Source of the DNA: Phoronis australis
Taxonomy: Eukaryota > Animalia > Phoronida
DNA: 64,000 nucleotides
Reading direction: 5' to 3'
NCBI GenBank assembly: GCA_002633005.1
Contig: NMRA01000195.1
Coordinates: forward strand, 475,628-539,627
Part shown: positions 60,064 through 64,000 of the stretch, one piece after another
Layout: each line of letters starts with the position of its first letter
Numbering within the stretch: position 1 is the first letter of the stretch
Translations under genes and position numbers: made by a program
The notes under the pieces: model-generated
What the model saw: the letters and a program-made list of their open reading frames with translations, nothing else
Told to the model about the DNA's origin: nothing
Database searches by the model: none

Positions 60064-63000
60064 CCCCGCGACCTGATTGGATGGAACTAATGTCGTGATC
60101 GACAAATTGGAATTATTCACCGACTTTGGGTAATACTCCTAGCTGCTTAAAACAGACGAAACACACATTCCCAGACATCATTTGGCAAACGAGAGGGTTA
60201 TTGACGTATTGGCACGTATCCAGAGCCTTTGGTAGATTCACCTAACCTAACGACGTCGGAGTGTGAAGTGTGGAAATCAAGTTAATCGTCACTATGTACT
60301 CTGAGATACGCATGCTTCAGTGGTCGTTTATACCATACAAGGTTCGTTCGATTAGTAATTTTAATGACCTTTATTGGACAATAGTCACTTTCAGGGTCCG
60401 CATTTTTCAGGTGCCTGTTATTCAGGGGAGAAAACTGCTCTTCAGTATGCTGGAACCCATTAAGCGACTATCACCCTTAATGCCACAGCGACTTACTCAG
60501 GCCATTCAACCTTTTCTCCAGCTCCACTGACACCGTGATTCTCGATGACTGACAATTTCCCACAGTTGACTTGTTAAAAGTGTCTATCGTCAACATCATT
60601 TTCTTGATTTCATCGAAATTATAGCGACCCTGGGATGAAAAGAAATCCATGATTAAAGGATTTTAGAAAGACCTGTGGAACATCAATGAAAGATCTTGCA
60701 CAGCAATCTTCTTGTCTGGACAAAGAGGGTATTTCACTGAAATACCGATTTTGGCCACAGAAGCATTGGGAAGTTGATGCAAAGTTTGTCCGTACATGTA
60801 GCTTAATCATTAAGATAACGAGAAACAGCTGTTACATGGCAAGAAATGGCGGGAAATTGGTGAAGAAAAGACAAATGCTCTATTGTAAATACAATTGTGA
60901 GGAATTATTCGGATCCATTGAGGGAAAACTCAGACAGTTGTTCAGATTTAGTGTGATTTGAAATTTCCCCACCCACATACGGTAAAGAGAAGAATGGTTT
61001 TGGACGCCACTTCACCAACATTTACTCGAGACTAGCCAGGAACATTGACCAATCGTATTACGCGGACTTTGAAACTTTACTTGACCCGAATCCCGAGTGA
61101 ATTCGGTGGTTACTGCACTTTACGATGGCATCTATCATCGAAATTGCTAGGGCAGCTGGTTTAGAGATTGAATATGGCTGATAAGGCGACATACACAAGC
61201 ATTAAGGGTGAACCCGAACAATTGCTTCTGCATTCGTTGACTTACTATCTAGATTCAATACAATGATGTTCTGATTGAAAGTTTCCATGCCGCAATTTTA
61301 TCCTAAATTGTGAACGCGTTTTGTGATAATGGCGCAAACGTGGTTAAAGTTCACGCGTCCGTCGGACATTTCAATTCTTCCCACCTTTCCAATGCCCGCC
61401 CGGTGCTAAATACACAGGAGCAATTATATGCGCCCATTCGCATTGCATACGATAAGATACAAGGGGTGGTCAGACGAAAATTCAACTTAGCACTAGGGGG
61501 TGCCATAGAAAACAAATCCGTCCAAAATGCTCAATAGCAGCACACATATATAAAAGTAAATTTAATGAAGACGCTTCAAGAGGTATTGAGACCAACATTA
61601 CGGAGACATAAATTGCCACTTGAGAGAGCATATAAAAGTTAGATCTGGCCAAAATCAACTCAAGCTAATGCTTTCTTCAGTACGAAAACGTACTCAGAAT
61701 TTTATGACGATCCATTGAATAAAAGGTTAAGACATTGAGGCAGTTAGTCAAATAAATTGCCNCCCCGCGCCCTGATTGGATGGAACTAATGTCGTGATCG
61801 ACAAGTTGGAATTATTCACCGACTTTGGGTAATACTCCTAGCTGCTTAAAACAGACGAAACACACACATTCCCAGACATCATTTGGCAAACGAGAGGGTT
61901 ATTGACGTATTGGCACGTATCCAGAGCCTGTGGTAGATTCACCTAACCAAACGACGTCGGAGTGTGAAGTGTGGAAATCAAGTTAATCGTCACTATGTAC
62001 TCTGAGATACGCATGCTTCAGTGGTCGTTTATACCATACAAGGTTCGTTCGATTAGTAATTTTAATGACCTTTATTGGACAATAGTCACTTACAGGGTCC
62101 GCATTTTTCAGGTGCCTGTTATTCAGGGGAGAAAACTGCTCTTCAGTATGCTGGAACCAATTAAGCGACTATCACCCTTAATGCCACAGCGACTTACTCA
62201 GGCCATTCAACCTTTTCTCCAGCTCCACTGACACCGTGATTCTCGATGACTGACAATTTCCCACAGGTGACTTGTTAAAAGTGTCTATCGTCAACATCAT
62301 TTTCTTGATTTCATCGAAATTATAGCGACCCTGGGATGAAAAGAAATCCATGATTAAAGGACTTTAGAAAGACCTGTGGAAAATCAATGAAAGATCTTGC
62401 ACAGCAATCTTCTTGTCTGGACAAAGAGGGTATTTCACTGAAATACCGATTTTGGCCACAGGAGCATTGGGAAGTTGATGCAAAGTTTGTCCGTACATGT
62501 AGCTGAATCATTAAGATAACGAGAAACAGCTGTTACATGGCAAGAAATGGCGGGAAATTGGTGAAGAAAAGACAAATGCTCTATTGTAAATACAATTGTG
62601 AGGAATTATTCGGATCCATTGAGGGAAAACTCAGACAGTTGTTCAGATCTAGTGTGATTTGAAATTTCCCCACCCACATACGGTAAAGAGAAGAATGGTT
62701 TTGGACGCCACTTCACCAACATTTACTCGAGACTAGCCAGGAACATTGACCAATCGTATTACGTGGACTTTGACCCGAATCCCGAGTGAATTCGGTGGTC
62801 ACTGCACTTTACGATGGCATCTATCATCGAAATTGCTAGGGCAGCTGGTTTAGAGATTGAATATGGCTGATAAGGCGACATACACAAGCATTAAGGGTGA
62901 ACCCGAACAATTGCTTCTGCATTCGTTGACTTACTATCTAGATTCAAGACAATGATGTTCTGATTGAAAGTTTCCATGCCGCAATTTTATCCTAAATTGT

Positions 63001-63450
63001 GAACGCGTTTTGTGATAATGGCGCAAACGTGGTTAAAGTTCACGCGTCCGTCGGACATTTCAATTCTTCCCACCTTTCCAATGCCCGCCCGGTGCTAAAT
63101 ACACAGGAGCAATTATATGCGCCCATTCGCATTGCATACGATAAGATACAAGGGGTGGTCAGACGAAAATTCAACTTAGCACTAGGGGGTGCCATAGAAA
63201 ACAAATCCGTCCAAAATGCTCAATAGCAGCACACATATATAAAAGTAAATTTAATGAAGACGCTTTAAGAGGTATTGAGACCAACATAACGGAGACATAA
63301 ATTGCCACTTGAGAGAGCATATAAAAGTTAGATCTGGCCAAAATCAACTCAAGCTAATGCTTTCTTCAGTACGAAAACGTACTCAGAATTTTATGACGAT
63401 CCATTGAATAAAAGGTTAAGACATTGAGGCAGTTAGTCAAATAAATTGCC
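60064..63450. repeat. Tandem duplication, 2 x ~1.69 kb (60064-61761 / 61763-63450), joined at a single N
   Basis: Near-identical copies with a few SNPs, a +2 CA and a ~12-bp deletion; the ORF track shows duplicated ORFs. Confidence 0.92.
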
Positions 63451-63930
63451 ACTGCAGAGTGCCAAATTGGTTGCATGTGTGCGGAAATGAATGACAGCAA
63501 TGCCCTCCTCAACAGAATCCCTCAGGCCAAATTCCATAAAGGCATGTTAAAGAATTTGTTAAGTATCAATTAAAGCAGACGGAAAGAAAACTGAAATTTC
63601 CACTAGGGTGCACAGAAGTAGATAAGCCCGATAATTTGGGGACACAGAATTGGTCGAGTCTCTTTTGAACTGGGCAGGTGTCTTTCTCTCTCTCTCTTTC
63701 TCTCTCGTATTTTCCAGCTTTCTAGAATAGGGAATTTTTAAATGATGAAGTATACTCAAAGAAAACGACCATAGACGTGTCCCAAACTCAACGTCAGTCG
63801 TGTTCTTCTCAGTAGAATGACATGTACGAAGTTTCGTGAACATCCGTCAAAGCCTTTGGTATGTTGGTTAATGTTTATTATTAAAATTCACAGTTAAGTC
63901 CAGAAATTTCTGGAAAGCATTATATTTGGT

Positions 63931-63964
63931 CGTATCTCTTAACTTGGGTAAGTTAAGAGATACG
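63931..63964. repeat. Perfect 15-bp inverted repeat with 4-nt loop
   Basis: cgtatctcttaactt-gggt-aagttaagagatacg. Confidence 0.8.
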
Positions 63965-64000
63965 TAGACGCCAGATGGACGCCTGGAAAGAGATGACGGC

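Noticed and set aside
56891-64000. Upstream KHK exons (e.g. the HFEGR / SVE.EK segments)
   Set aside because: Searched by eye on the - strand and not found; the region is filled with repeats, so they probably lie beyond the window.

Overview
Intron-rich animal genomic DNA, AT-rich and probably from a marine invertebrate (inferred from repeat types). It contains an ~825-bp N gap, a 43-bp N gap and several single-N junctions. Three spliced minus-strand genes were reconstructed by hand from GT-AG sites with consistent reading phase. (1) The 5' half of a single-pass receptor of the membrane guanylyl cyclase type (7 exons, 16462->321, continuing off the left edge). Its short, cysteine-rich ectodomain (HHVNIHSC motif plus a CGNxxCE..E.C..CP.DCG module) is not the canonical natriuretic-peptide-binding fold. 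(2) A complete 12-exon, 629-aa animal-type transketolase (52175->36069) with intact catalytic residues but several unusual motif substitutions. (3) The last two exons of a ketohexokinase (PfkB family), about 4 kb upstream of the transketolase on the same strand. The rest is dominated by mobile DNA: many CA...TG MITEs with 5-bp TSDs, an internally deleted Kolobok (TTAA, THAP remnant), a PIF/Harbinger derivative, a 3.4-kb TIR element with 8-bp TSD and spliced exon remnants, a Gypsy relic, LINE remnants, tRNA-like modules inside DNA elements, and satellites. Two tandem duplications centred on single Ns are probably haplotype assembly artefacts. Most entries in the ORF track are not genes.
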